From contig CM097887.1 of NCBI GenBank assembly GCA_044892525.1, forward strand, positions 128,194,397 through 128,258,396: DNA of 64,000 nucleotides, given 5' to 3'. Both the position numbers and the translations under genes were made by a program. Source of the DNA: Schmidtea polychroa (lineage: Eukaryota). Of the stretch, positions 51,442-63,999 are shown piece by piece (the first letter of the stretch is position 1; each line of letters starts with the position of its first letter). The notes under the pieces were generated by a model. That model saw only the letters and a program-made list of their open reading frames with translations. It did no database searches and was not told where the DNA came from.

Positions 51442-51540
51442 GTAGATTTTTATGAACCCCTTGGAAATGGTATATAGAACAAAAAATACATATACTGACA
51501 ATAATTGATCATCATAGCAAATATATATTTCTTAATGTTG
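51442..51540 (+). pseudogene. Retroelement integrase core remnant
   Basis: VDFYEPL...NKKYI(fs)LTIIDHHSKY resembles the xDFxGPL...YILxxIDxFSK motif. Confidence 0.5.
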
Positions 51541-51958
51541 GTAATTCTCAAGATGAAAAACTTATAACATCAATAGATATTAAACCCGAGCCTGCTTTAA
51601 TGGATACAGAACAGAAAATAACAACCACTGGCGAGGAAATGTATAAGAATTGTCAAAGAACTCCCCTTTCTATTTTGAAAAAAAATAAAATTACAAATTT
51701 GATTAAATATGCACTTTTCCCAACAGATGTCAAAGCTAAACAGTGATAAGTCAAACTTTGAAAATCTAAATTCGATAAAATTTTAGTCTTTCAAATTTTA
51801 ATCAAAATCAGAACATTAATTAGGAAATTCAATTATTATCATCTTTGTCAAAGGCAGAACTGATAAAAAAGGAAATTGAAATGAATTATTTATTGATAAC
51901 CGGATTGAAATTCAATGATGCGGGGAATTTATCCCTAATTATTATAAAACTGATAATG

Positions 51959-52013
<55 letters not shown>
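51959..52013. repeat. (AAT)n microsatellite
   Basis: Direct inspection. Confidence 0.98.
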
Positions 52014-52014
<1 letters not shown>

Positions 52015-53356
52015 TGTTTTTTGAATTTATGTAATTGAAAATCGCTCAATTCTTAGTTAAGCACAAATATAACGACTTCAGATTTGAATAAAATAAAAAT
52101 TAGGCTTATAACGAACCTCTTTCATTAGTTAGGGTTCCAATAATCGGGCTTCAAGTGTTAGATTTTAGATTTTAGAAGAAAGGAAGTATAAAAAAATTAC
52201 TAATAAATTTTTATTAGAACAATCATTATTAAAACAAGAAATATTTAAACTTTAAACTTTTATATATGAAACAAACATGATTTATAAAAAAGAAACCGAA
52301 TAAAAAAATATATAATAAAAACAGTTAATGCAACACTTGTCTCTGTCTCCTTTCTTAATGAGACTTTTGTGGTGGTTTGTCCTTAGCCAAATTATCTATA
52401 TCGGCTTTTAAACCTGATGTGCAAATTCAAATGCAGATGTTCATTTGTCAGTTGAGAAGAAAATTTATTCTTTCTAAAACTCATGGCAGAAAATGCTTGT
52501 TCACAAATATATTTGCTTCTTTGCGAAACTGATTAATCCCTCCTATTGTTTTTGTAAACATCGATAAAATTGTTGGATAATTTCCAATAAAAATACACTC
52601 TTTATTCTTTCATTATGTTGCAATTGCAAAATTTCATTTGAATTTCGTTTGGTACGTCATTGAAAGGGTTCAAAAATATTCGTATTTCGATGCTTTATGA
52701 AAATCCATAAATTTTGTTGAAAAGTCAGTTTGTGAATCTTCAATAACACTAATGAAAGTGCCTTTTTGCGTTTGCCATTCATCTGCAGAAATATTTAGAT
52801 CTACTTCAATTATTTTCTTCAATAATATGTTTATGTCAGTAAACAGGTCTGTAGGTTTAAATTGAGTTCATTAAGGTATGCTGTAATATCCTAAATAAAT
52901 AAAAGAGACATTGTCCATTTTTGATCCGATAGTTGTAAGATAGTATTTTCTTGTTCCGTCATGAAAATATCCATTTCTTCACGTAAATTAAAAAAAAACT
53001 TCTTAGAACAGCACCTCCACTTAGCCATCTAACACAGACGAGTAGTAAATAAGTAAAATTTGATGTCTTATAAATTTATTTCATGAAATTGAAAAGGACT
53101 ATCTTAAAGTCGAAAAAGGTTTCATTTGTATAAAATATATTACTCACAACAAAAGCTTAAATTATCATTTAATTGTTATAAATTGTCACAGTTAGAAACA
53201 CGAAATATCACGATGAAAGTAATCCAATGCATGTAAATTTTACCATTATCATATTTTTCTATTCTCAAATAATTTTTTATTTTTAAATAAAGCATTCTAC
53301 TGTATTATCAAAACTCTGCTGCTCTTTTTGAAATTCTTATGCAGCAAAATGTGCGT

Positions 53357-54035
53357 GAGTAGTGAGAAGTGAGGAGTATAAACCAAGCAAAATATACAGT
53401 ATTACGTAATATTTGTATGGGTACCCTAGGGGGGTGGTATGATGTTACATAATTTTGTAAAATTACGTAATCACATATAAAATACGGAATTATATTTTTT
53501 ATTACATAATAATTGGTTTTTTAAATTTACGTCATAATTGACCCCCTTATGTAATAATTGACATTTGACCTCTTATGTAATAATTATACTTCATTAGAGT
53601 AGTGAGGAGTATAAACCAAGCCAAACATACAGTATTACGTAATATTTGTATGGGTACCCTAGGGGGTGGTATGGCGTTACATAATTTTGTAAAATTACGT
53701 AATCACATATAAGATGGCGTAATTATATTTTTGATTACATAATAACTGGTTTTTAAATTTACATCATAATTGACCCCCTTTATGTAATAATTGACATTTG
53801 ACCTCTTACATCATATTTAACCTTTGACCCCTTACATAATAATTGACCTCTTATGTAATAATTATACTTCATTAGAGTAGTGAGGAGTATAAACCAAGCC
53901 AAATATCCCTGGAAAAAATTCAATACATTTTGATAGAGTAGTGAGAAGTATAAACCAAGTCAAATATACAGTATTACGTAATATTTGTATGGGTACCCAG
54001 TGGGTGGTGGTATGGTGTTACATAATTCTGTATAA
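53357..54035 (+). repeat. Four head-to-tail units starting GAGTAGTGAG (Polinton-terminus-like)
   Basis: Units start at 53357, 53597, 53875 and 53936; they resemble the AGTAGTGTGG..TATA.ACC.A.CCAAA.CA sequence at 58232. Confidence 0.75.
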
Positions 54036-54164
54036 TTTTATTATAGATATATATTTATTGAATTATAAACATATATAAGAAAAAGTCATACATACATTTT
54101 TGAACCCGAGTACTATAATGATGACAATGAATGTGATAAACACTCGGTTATAATTCACACACAG

Positions 54165-54210
<46 letters not shown>
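54165..54210. repeat. (AAT)n microsatellite
   Basis: Direct inspection. Confidence 0.98.
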
Positions 54211-54212
<2 letters not shown>

Positions 54213-55869
54213 CCTTTTAATAACTAAAAAATTCGCAACAATAAAAACTTTGACTATTTCACAATAAAATAGTCTAAAGAATACTTTACAATAACAACGT
54301 AAAATAAATGATACAAATAAGAACTAAAACAATAATTATATTAAATAAAATTTTATTTCAATACAAAATTTATTCAAATTTATCCACAATATTTTGGGTG
54401 AGTGGAATTTCAATTTCCATTGAATCATAAACATACCATAAATCAGTTGAAAACAACGTTGAAAAATGGATACCTGTACCATACTTAAAATGAATCTTAA
54501 TTTCGAGAAAAATTACAAATGTGAAAGAATGGCACCTACATGATTTCCTACGGTGACAAACGACAATTCACTGTCAAAGACTGATTTAATTTGGTGATAT
54601 GAAAGCCAATGCAAACAAATGACCTATTATTTATCTGAATATTTTTATTATTATTGCTCCTGGCTTCCAAATCCATATACTTAAATTTTTCACTACCAAC
54701 ATTGTCCTAGATGAAAAAATAAGTCTTATTATAGACACCTGGAAATTCAGATTTTGAAAGGTGTTTGCTGTTGATAATTTCGATATTTATAAAAGGTTTT
54801 TATTTTAAATTATTTTCTTCAGAAAAAACAATAAAACTTGGAAATAGAAGCTTATTAACTTTTCAATCTTACTAGTCTTTATCGTATAAGGCATTAAATA
54901 TACCAGCCATAATCTAGAATGATACCACTGAACACCGCTTTTGTTATAAACAAATTAATTTTTACGTCTCCATTTGTGGAATATATTATGCAAAGGAATA
55001 AATTTGCATAAATTTTATGTCATTTTAACCTTTCACGCTATTGGTTTCATTAAAATTTTTCATTTAACAATTCAATTTAAAGTAATTCTTGTTGAGATTA
55101 TGATTCAGACATATTTCGTAGCAAGGAATCTTACTAATTCAATTAATAGATACCTGGTTAAAATAATACCAAAAGTAAATATCATTTTATTTTCTTATTT
55201 TTTCAATGGAAGCTGGGAAAAAATTCACATGAAAAAAACTCAATGTCATAAATAAGAAAAAGTGCATTATGATAATGCCGCATATAATTAAAAAGAACTT
55301 TATAAATATTTATCTCTTTTTAATCTGAAATAGACAAAGAAAATGAAAATAATTGATCATAGGTGAAAAGAAAAAAATATTTTATTGATTTAAATCATAA
55401 TAATTCAGTATTAAAGGAAATTCAAAATAGAATAATAAAAGAACAAAGAATATATAGTGCCAATGAATGCGAAAAACAATGCGCCATTACTGGCGGGAAT
55501 AGGCTACTTAGAAAAAACAGTGTTAGGCGATATTCCATTATGATGAGAATATATATAATTACGAATCATGACCAATAATATAATTTTCATTATATATTAT
55601 ATAGTATTAAATATTATAATAAGCTCTTTATTTTCTCCTCTGATTTCATTTTTAATTGACATTATATTTATTAAAAAAATTAACTATGAATCAGTAAAGA
55701 TATATCGATGTTTTTTGATATTCACGAATTGTCGGCACAGCTTTTGTCAAGTGATTTTATAACACTCACAACACGCCTAAATTTAATTTATGTTCATTAG
55801 CCATTTTATTTAAGTATTTTTAATTTTATTTATAAATAAGTTTTATGTAATCATTTAAATTTAATTTAA

Positions 55870-56066
55870 CCCTCTAGCGCCCAGTTTTTTTTCTTAGTCA
55901 AAACACAATCTAAAAATAGCGTCCAATTTGAGTACAATATGACGTCAATGACAATCAAAAGTTTCAATTGTTCCTTATTTAGTAACTTATAGGCAGGCAG
56001 AGACATTACAGCCAAATATACTCATACTTTTTATTTAAAAAATGAAGACGGTATTAGGAACTAGAG
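55870..56066. mobile_element. Possible piggyBac-type MITE
   Basis: TTAA-CCCTCTAG ... CTAGAG-TTAA, imperfect. Confidence 0.35.
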
Positions 56067-57779
56067 TTAATATTTATTTTTGCCAAAATATTTTCTAATT
56101 ATTAGACTTTCATTTTAGATATTGAATTTTATAAAAACATGAATGAAGTTAGTAGATAAAAAAATCTTTGATTAAAAATTAACTTCAATATTCGTTATTT
56201 TAAAAATATGTTTCAATAAAAAAACTTGGATGCTATCGAACACTTTGGGTTTTTTGAACGCTAATTTGGTAGGATTTTATTATATGAATTTAGTGGTAAG
56301 AGAAAATTTATTTCTCTGACAAAATTAGAATCCTATAAAGATGTTATAAAGAAGATTTTCAACACCTAGATAAGTTAGTGTGTTACTTGTATAATAAAAT
56401 TTCTTGATTTTTTTATAGAAAATGTTATAAAGTGGAACCTGGTGCATATATACATTTTCATGTATGCCAGCGTTTAAATGTGTTTCAAACATGAAATTGT
56501 ACAAACTCACTTTCTCAAAGTTTTTTCATTTTCTCATCAATAATGATTTTATGATGGGCTAAAAACTGAAATTGTGAATTAAATGATTTTAAGCTTGAAA
56601 TTATTTTAGGTATGTTTGAAACATGTGTCACTGAAAAGTGTCTTGACTGCACAACATTCAACATATCCACCCTTTCCACGATTTATCTATTTTTCCATAA
56701 AATCTTTTATTGTATAATGGATTATATAATAAAATCTTGTTCCCTTAGTAAAATTTTAGAAATTTCAAATTTTAAAATAACGGAAAAATTAAATTTGTCT
56801 CTTTCATAAATTTGAAATTTCATTTTCGAAACTATCTTAGAAAACATGTTGAACTTCTAATTTTAATATGATACATATGTTTGCACTTTTCTGGATTATG
56901 AAGCATGAGATTTCTGTTTACAGACAAAGACAACTATGTTTTGGTATATTCTAGAAAAAAATGTGTGGAAATCAGACATTATATACAGAAAATGCAAAAG
57001 TTCATATTATTCATCTGATTCTATCTGGAATTGATTTAAGAAAATATTTTAGAAAATTATTTATTTTGTATCATATTTGATGTCGTAATTATAATATTAT
57101 AGTAAAAGTTTTATATAAAAATTTACGATTATTATTTAAATTTATAAATAACAATTATTATACTAAAAACTCATAATATTAAAAAAAATTATTTAATTAT
57201 ATTTATCTTTTTGTATTAGGATAAACGTTTTCTATATAACATAAATTTTTGTCAATATCTTATTCAAGTGTTATTTTATTTATTTAATTATTATCATATT
57301 GGAATCATATTATTAGTAAAAGAATTTATCTCTTTCACCATTGATCTATTTTCACTTTAAATTTTCTTTATCTTCACTCATTTCTGACAATAATTCAATA
57401 TTTGGGTAAAATATATTAAGCAAATACTGATTTCAAAAGAAATGAAGAAAAAGAAAATTGAAAACAAATCTTATTTATAAAGGAACATGTATGTGAGGCG
57501 TTGGTAATTAAAATAATAACCCTCTATAATAAATATTTAATCAGCAAAAATGTAACGAAAATCATAATATAAATAGGCAAGAAACGTAAGTTTGTCTGTC
57601 ATCGAAGTCATTATTTTAAATCAATTAAATTAGTCCTTCATTTTCATTTTTCTAATTTCATTTTTGTTTATAATATACATTTGGTGTTGTCAGATTTTAT
57701 TTTTAAACCTTTTAATGATCCTTTCGACAAAATAATCAAAAATGGAGAGAAATAACCAAATTGAAAAACAACCTGAAAG

Positions 57780-58231
57780 AAGGCAAGCTGTAAATAGAGA
57801 AAATGCAAGGAATCGTCATGCAGCTGAAACTCCAGAACAACGTGTGCGAATGCTTTGAAAGAGAGCTGAAAGAGAGCATACACGAAATCAACGATCTGAA
57901 GGAACTCCAGAACAGTGTAAGTAATGACTCGCTGCTTACCTACATCATTAAAATCGACGATCTTCAAAATTGCAAATGATTAAAAATCGACAACGTCGAC
58001 GCGAAAGTACTGTTCAATAGTACATTGCTCAGCATGGTCAAAATTTCCAAGTCACTTCTGAAGATAGATATTATCGTTCTTTAGAATATCGTCAAGATGA
58101 AATTCGTAGAGCTGAAATGACTATTCCTCAACATTATTGCGGTAAAATGGATAGTGAATGCCTTTATTATTATGCCATTTCCGATCTGAAGTATCGAAAG
58201 AATTTGTTTTAGTTCCGTGAATATTTGTATT
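57780..58231 (+). pseudogene. Helitron Rep N-terminal remnant
   Basis: ETPEQR/GTPEQ repeats followed by HYCGKMDSEC-like motif; stops. Confidence 0.55.
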
Positions 58232-58522
58232 AGTAGTGTGGTTATATACCCAACCAAAACAGCCCCCCAACAAAAACATACCTCCAAATCACTTAAGCTA
58301 TTAGAAAAACAACCTAAAACTGATACTTTTATAGTATTTTAACCCTATATTTTGAAAACAACCACCCTTAATGACTCTAACTGTTTTAATCTTTAAAGCC
58401 TCAAACTCAAAAGCTTCAAACTAAAAAGAGAATAGAAAAGAAAATGGAGTTAGAGGGCTATTTGATCTTTATCAGATTATTGATTTTAAATTATATAAAT
58501 TAAAAAATAAATGAAAAATAGT

Positions 58523-58578
58523 AAAACTGCTCTGAGAGGACAGTGGTATTTTTTTTTTCACTGTCCTCTCAACAGTTT
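58523..58578. other. Inverted repeat/hairpin upstream of pPolB
   Basis: AAAACTG..TGAGAGGACAGTG / CACTGTCCTCTCA.CAGTTTT, 13-bp perfect core around a T-rich loop. Confidence 0.85.
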
Positions 58579-58767
58579 TTTTGATCCGGATCATTTTTTT
58601 TTTATTTCAACTTCTTTCGTTTATCAAATCTCTTCCAATATACAAGCTGGCCAGACTCATACATCAGAATCAATCCGATAATAGCAGCACGCCTTATTAT
58701 TCGCTTCTCGCTCACGAAGTCGATTTCAACGGCGTTTTAGTATCCAATAAAAAATTTTTTTCTAAAA

Positions 58768-61700
58768 ATGAATTGTAATATTTGCAATAAAGTTTTTAAA
58801 AATAAAACTGGATTAATTTCTCACTTAAAATCGAAAGCTCATTTATTAAAAGAAAATAATCTTAATGATACAAATTCAAAACTTTGTCTTAAATGTAAAG
58901 GAAGATTTCTACATTCTGGATATAATAAACATTTTGAAAATTGTATCGGGAAAAATAGAGAAATATTTACATGTCCTCATTGTAACTTTTCAACAAAACT
59001 AAATTTCTATTATTTAGAACATATAAAAGAATGTAAAAATAAAAAACAAAATTCTGACGATGAGGAATGTCATTCAGAAGGAGAGCCTGATCATGTTGAA
59101 AGAGAAAAATATAACTGGGATAATTTTAATCATATAGATGAATTTCAATTAAAAATTAATGGGCCTGCAACTCCTGGAGAATATATAAATAAAAATAAAA
59201 AAAATATTAAAAATTCTTTCACTGAAGCTTTAAAAAATTATAAACCGACAAGGTATAATGTTATAAAATATAAAATTATAATCAAAGCAAAATACTGGCG
59301 AGGAGCAGAAGAAAAGACAACACCCTTAGATGTTGAAATTGGAATACCTTTTAAATATTTATTTTCAATTAAAGGATTTGATAAAACCATCAAAGAAATA
59401 ATTAAAGCAGCAGAAGCAAAACAAGAGGAAGTAGAAAATGAATTAGGAGATTCAAACTTAGTATTCAACTCTTTCCAAACTTTAGTGATTGATTATTGGA
59501 GAGGATTACCACCCAATCCTAAATCTTATATTCCTACACCCTTTAAATCTAAAAATGTTATAAATGTACAGAATAATGATAACAAATGTTTCATCTGGTC
59601 AATACTTGCACATTTACATCCTCAAGCAACAAATCCCCAAAGAGTTTCAAAATACAAACAATATGAAAATGAATTAATATTTCCCAAAGGATTCAAACAC
59701 CCAATGAAACTAGAAGACATTCCAGAATTTGAAAAATTAAATAATCTTAAACTTAATATTTATGAACATGTTATAGGGAAAGAAATTATTCCAATTTATA
59801 TTTCAGATAGTGGAACCAAGGATAACGGAGCACAGGACAACGAGATATATCTTTTAATCTTGGAACAAGAAAATAATCAACATTATGTTTTAATAAAAAA
59901 CTTTCAAGCTTTTACATCTCCAGAGAATCCAACTAGTGGAGGAGGAACATGTAAAAGATGTCTTCATTATTCAACAACTAAAAACTCTATGATTAAACAT
60001 ACAAGATTTTGTGAAAAAGATGATCCAGCTTTAATTAAAATGCCTAATAATCCCAAGATGTATTTTAAAAACTTTTCAAATTTACTACAAACAGTTGGAG
60101 TTCTTTATGGTGACTTTGAATCTATAAACCATAAACAAGATTTGGTTTATCAATATTTAAAAATAATAGAAAAAAATAAACTCATGGATTTATGGAACTC
60201 CTCAGGAGAGAAGATGAAACCAGAGAGGATGAAAGCCTTTCTAAGAAAAAGAAATAAACCTAATAGTGTTAAAAAAACTAAACAATTACCATCTGCTTAT
60301 AAATTATTATTTAAAAGTAATTATCCTGAACTCATAGAATCTAGAGAATATTCAATTCTAGGAGGTACCCCTGAAGAAGTCTTGAATCACTTTACTAAAA
60401 GTATAAATGATTTAGAACATGAAATATATAAAATATTAAAAACAAAGTATCCTCAAAATATTTCTAATCAACAACAACAAGAATATGAAAATACTTCCAA
60501 CTGTTGGATGTGTAAACAGAATATTCTTCCTGATGAAAAAGTTATAGATCATGATCATTTAAAAAAGGAAAATAATTATCGAGGAGCAGCTCATAAAAAT
60601 TGCAATCTTAATTGCCATACTCCTAAATTTATACCTGTTATATTTCATAATCTTTTTGGATATGACATACATCTATTTATTAAACACCTCGCAGCAAATG
60701 CTAAAAACTCTTTCAAAGTTATCGGCTTAACAAAGGAAAAATATAAATCAATTGAATATGGAAAATTAAAATTTATAGACTCGTTAAACTTTCTCCAAAT
60801 GTCTTTAGATGCAGTAGCAAAAACAATGAAACCAGAAGATTTTAAAATCACTCGAGAATTCTTGGAAAAAAATAATATTCCTCTAGAAGAATATCCTACA
60901 TGTTTAGCAAAAGGAATATATCCTTATGACTATGTTGACTCGTTTGAAAGATATAATGAAACAAGTCTTCCTAACAAAGAAGATTTCTTTTCAAACTTAC
61001 TACAATCAGGGATTACAGATCAAGAATATTCTCGAGCATTAAAAATGTGGGAATTATTCAAGTGTAAAACTTTAGGAAAATATACCAACATGTATTTATC
61101 CTTAGATGTTTATATTCTAGCAGATTGCTTTGAAGAATTTACAAACTCTTTTGTTCTTAAACCTTATAATTATATAACTGCACCCTCTTTAGCTTGGGAT
61201 ACTATGTTATATACCATTTGGACTTCAAATATAGAAGATGCTGATAAAATTATAGATCTTTTAACTAACCTCGATATGTTTAACCAAATTAAAACAAACA
61301 TTAGAGGAGGAGTCTCTTCAGTAATGGGGAATAGAGAAATAAAAGCTAGAAATGCAATAACTACTAGCCGAAGACTATCTAAACACCCTGATGATCCATA
61401 TATGAAAATTAACAATGAGGAATTAAAAGAATTATTAGAAACAATGAAAAATCCTATATTTATACTTTATATAGATGCAACAGCTTTATATTCAGGAATT
61501 ATGACTCAATTTTTACCAATGGGTGATTTCACTGAAATAGAGAACCCAACAGATGACCTTATGAAAGAAATACTTTTAACACCTAAAGATTCTCCAATAG
61601 GTTACTTTATAGAATGTGATCTCGATTATCCAGATGATATAAAATCAAAAACAAGATATTATCCTTTAGCCCCTATAAGAAGAAAGATTAATGTTAACGA

Positions 61701-63045
61701 ACTTTCTAATTGGCAAAGGAAACAAGATAAACCTCCAACAATGAAACTTCTTTGTGATCAAACAGATCGAAGGTTTTATCTTTGTCATTATCGCTTACTA
61801 CAGTTTTACCTCACACATGGAATGATATTAAAAAAAGTTCACAGTATAAAAAGATTTCGACAAGCACCATTTATGAAACCCTTCATCGAAGAGAATATTA
61901 GGTGTAGAAATATCGCAAAAAGAGCAGGTAATGCATTCCTTGATTATATATATAAACTTTTAAACAATGCAGTCTTTGGAAAGACAATGGAGAATATAGA
62001 TAAATATACTAATATTAAACTTTTAACTAATTCTCCTAAAGATATTAAACGTTATAATCGTATGCTAGGAAAGCCCACATTTAAAAATGCACAAAAGTTT
62101 TCTGAAAGTCTTATTGCAGTAGAACTAAAGAATTTTGAGAAAACATATAATAAACCAATATTTATTGGTTTCTCAATTTTAGAACTTTCAAAATTACAAA
62201 TGTATGAAACATACTACAATGTCTTACAACCTATATATGGTTCTAATATAGCAATGCATGCAATGGATACAGATTCAATGTTTTTAACAATAAGAACTGA
62301 AGACCTTGAAAGAGATATGGAAAATCCTATACTTTCAAATTTAATAAATTCATCTGGAGAATTATTTTCGTTTAAAGATGAAAAACCTTTTACTCCTATA
62401 GATAGTGCAGTATTTATTCGTGCTAAACAATATTCATACGAAACATTTAAAAAACCAATATTTGAAGATCAAGAAATTATATTTAAATCCCCCAAAAAAG
62501 AGAAAATTATTTCATTTAAATATCCTATATTCCTGGAGGATGAGAAACCTGTAAAGGATAACAGATGTAAAGGAATACAGAGAGTGGTTGCAAAGAATCT
62601 TTCTCATCAAGATTATATAGATACATTAAACCCAAATCATAAAGATAAAATTGATGAAATACATCAACTTAAAAGTGAAAACCATGATATTCACTTGATA
62701 GAATCTCAAAAAGTATCATTATCAAATTATGATGATAAGAGATTCATACTAAGTGATTTAAAGACAACTCTACCTATTGGAAATAATTTAATCCCTATAA
62801 TAAAAAATCTAGAAAAGTTGAATAAGTTATATGATACAAAGATTACTGATCTTGATATTTATAATGTTGAAATTATTTATCCCGAGAGAGAAATCGAGAA
62901 ACCTTTATATTCTCAAGTTTTTAATCCTATATGTTTAGAACTTAAATATTTTAATACTGATCCTGAATATATAAAAGGTCTAAGTGATAAAGAATTTAAA
63001 GATCATAAATTAATGATTCATAGGTTGGCTTTCAACCATAACTGA
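58768..63045 (+). CDS. polB: Protein-primed family B DNA polymerase (1425 aa) with N-terminal Zn fingers, OTU-like Cys/His region and endonuclease-VII-like insert
   Basis: Exo YGDFES, FHNLFGYD, FIDSLNFL, KGIYPYDY, LDVYILADCF; pol YIDATALYS, KLLNNAVFGK, MDTDSMF; CWMC..DHDH..RGAAHKNCNL. Confidence 0.97.
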   Translation: MNCNICNKVFKNKTGLISHLKSKAHLLKENNLNDTNSKLCLKCKGRFLHSGYNKHFENCIGKNREIFTCPHCNFSTKLNFYYLEHIKECKNKKQNSDDEECHSEGEPDHVEREKYNWDNFNHIDEFQLKINGPATPGEYINKNKKNIKNSFTEALKNYKPTRYNVIKYKIIIKAKYWRGAEEKTTPLDVEIGIPFKYLFSIKGFDKTIKEIIKAAEAKQEEVENELGDSNLVFNSFQTLVIDYWRGLPPNPKSYIPTPFKSKNVINVQNNDNKCFIWSILAHLHPQATNPQRVSKYKQYENELIFPKGFKHPMKLEDIPEFEKLNNLKLNIYEHVIGKEIIPIYISDSGTKDNGAQDNEIYLLILEQENNQHYVLIKNFQAFTSPENPTSGGGTCKRCLHYSTTKNSMIKHTRFCEKDDPALIKMPNNPKMYFKNFSNLLQTVGVLYGDFESINHKQDLVYQYLKIIEKNKLMDLWNSSGEKMKPERMKAFLRKRNKPNSVKKTKQLPSAYKLLFKSNYPELIESREYSILGGTPEEVLNHFTKSINDLEHEIYKILKTKYPQNISNQQQQEYENTSNCWMCKQNILPDEKVIDHDHLKKENNYRGAAHKNCNLNCHTPKFIPVIFHNLFGYDIHLFIKHLAANAKNSFKVIGLTKEKYKSIEYGKLKFIDSLNFLQMSLDAVAKTMKPEDFKITREFLEKNNIPLEEYPTCLAKGIYPYDYVDSFERYNETSLPNKEDFFSNLLQSGITDQEYSRALKMWELFKCKTLGKYTNMYLSLDVYILADCFEEFTNSFVLKPYNYITAPSLAWDTMLYTIWTSNIEDADKIIDLLTNLDMFNQIKTNIRGGVSSVMGNREIKARNAITTSRRLSKHPDDPYMKINNEELKELLETMKNPIFILYIDATALYSGIMTQFLPMGDFTEIENPTDDLMKEILLTPKDSPIGYFIECDLDYPDDIKSKTRYYPLAPIRRKINVNELSNWQRKQDKPPTMKLLCDQTDRRFYLCHYRLLQFYLTHGMILKKVHSIKRFRQAPFMKPFIEENIRCRNIAKRAGNAFLDYIYKLLNNAVFGKTMENIDKYTNIKLLTNSPKDIKRYNRMLGKPTFKNAQKFSESLIAVELKNFEKTYNKPIFIGFSILELSKLQMYETYYNVLQPIYGSNIAMHAMDTDSMFLTIRTEDLERDMENPILSNLINSSGELFSFKDEKPFTPIDSAVFIRAKQYSYETFKKPIFEDQEIIFKSPKKEKIISFKYPIFLEDEKPVKDNRCKGIQRVVAKNLSHQDYIDTLNPNHKDKIDEIHQLKSENHDIHLIESQKVSLSNYDDKRFILSDLKTTLPIGNNLIPIIKNLEKLNKLYDTKITDLDIYNVEIIYPEREIEKPLYSQVFNPICLELKYFNTDPEYIKGLSDKEFKDHKLMIHRLAFNHN

Positions 63046-63139
63046 AACCAACGATATTTAATTTTTTAATAATAAAATGTCGACAATTAATTTAAGCAAC
63101 TATAGCAACCTGATCTACTTTTTTAAAAATACACCCATT

Positions 63140-63736
63140 TTATAAGTAAGAATTCTTTAACCATTTTTCTCGAGATGTTTTTTTATTACTTATAACATTA
63201 GCCACCATGCCCTCCCTTTTTAATCTTATAACCTCATTCTTTATATCTTGTATTATTTGATTTGATTTCATTATTTCTTCGTCTGTCAGGATTCCATCTT
63301 CCAAAGCTTTTAATTGAAATAAAAATAATTTAGAGATTCCTAATTCTATTGATAAACAAACTTCTCTATATAAACTTTTCTTTTTAGAAGTATAAGATAA
63401 TGAAACTATTTCAGTTAAGAAACCATCAACCACAGAAATACTTCCAAGTATTACAGGTGCAAGAGTAACAACTGGTAAAGTTATGGGTAAAATAACTGTT
63501 AATATTGCAGATGCAAATCCTAAAGAATAACCTATAACTTTTAAAACTGTATTCCCTTTATTCCATCTATTTTTAATTTTTTTATAATGCTTTAATAAAT
63601 CTTGTAAATGTAAGGTTTCTGATTTAAATTCTTTTACTCTCATAATTTCAAGTTCTGTGGGAGCCGAGGCCTTGGAAGAATAATATCCTGATGATCTCAA
63701 TTCTGGGTAAATTTTTTCTTCTCTTACTTCTTCCAT
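63140..63736 (-). CDS. Polinton accessory protein with a hydrophobic hairpin
   Basis: 198-aa ORF convergent on polB; VIGYSLGFASAILTVILPITLPVVTLAPVILGSISVV; C-terminal ALEDGILTDEE. Confidence 0.8.
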   Translation of the reverse strand: MEEVREEKIYPELRSSGYYSSKASAPTELEIMRVKEFKSETLHLQDLLKHYKKIKNRWNKGNTVLKVIGYSLGFASAILTVILPITLPVVTLAPVILGSISVVDGFLTEIVSLSYTSKKKSLYREVCLSIELGISKLFLFQLKALEDGILTDEEIMKSNQIIQDIKNEVIRLKREGMVANVISNKKTSREKWLKNSYL

Positions 63737-63744
63737 TTTAATAA

Positions 63745-63999
63745 TTAAAAAAATAAGACTTTATTCTTCTGAGCACCATCTGGCACCAATACTCGGATAT
63801 CAAAAGAAACTCTTGTTGAGAGGATATCTTTATACAATTCTCTCAATGCTTTACGAACTTCATCAACATCAACCTTTTTTTCATAAAATATTAAATCTAT
63901 ATATTGTACAAGTGAACTAGAAAAATGAATATTCTTACTTTTAACTTTATGTAGTCCATGTGAATGAGTATTAACATACCAATCTCCGTGTGGTAAATC
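63745..63999 (-). CDS. 3' part of a further Polinton ORF, unknown product
   Basis: Frame open from the window edge (DLPHGDWYVNTHSHG...KNKVLFF*), stopping 8 nt before the next ATG. Confidence 0.6.
   Translation of the reverse strand, partial: DLPHGDWYVNTHSHGLHKVKSKNIHFSSSLVQYIDLIFYEKKVDVDEVRKALRELYKDILSTRVSFDIRVLVPDGAQKNKVLFF

Noticed and set aside
52380-53000. Possible transposase relic on minus (also 54430-54760)
   Set aside because: Too many stops; no diagnostic motif recovered.
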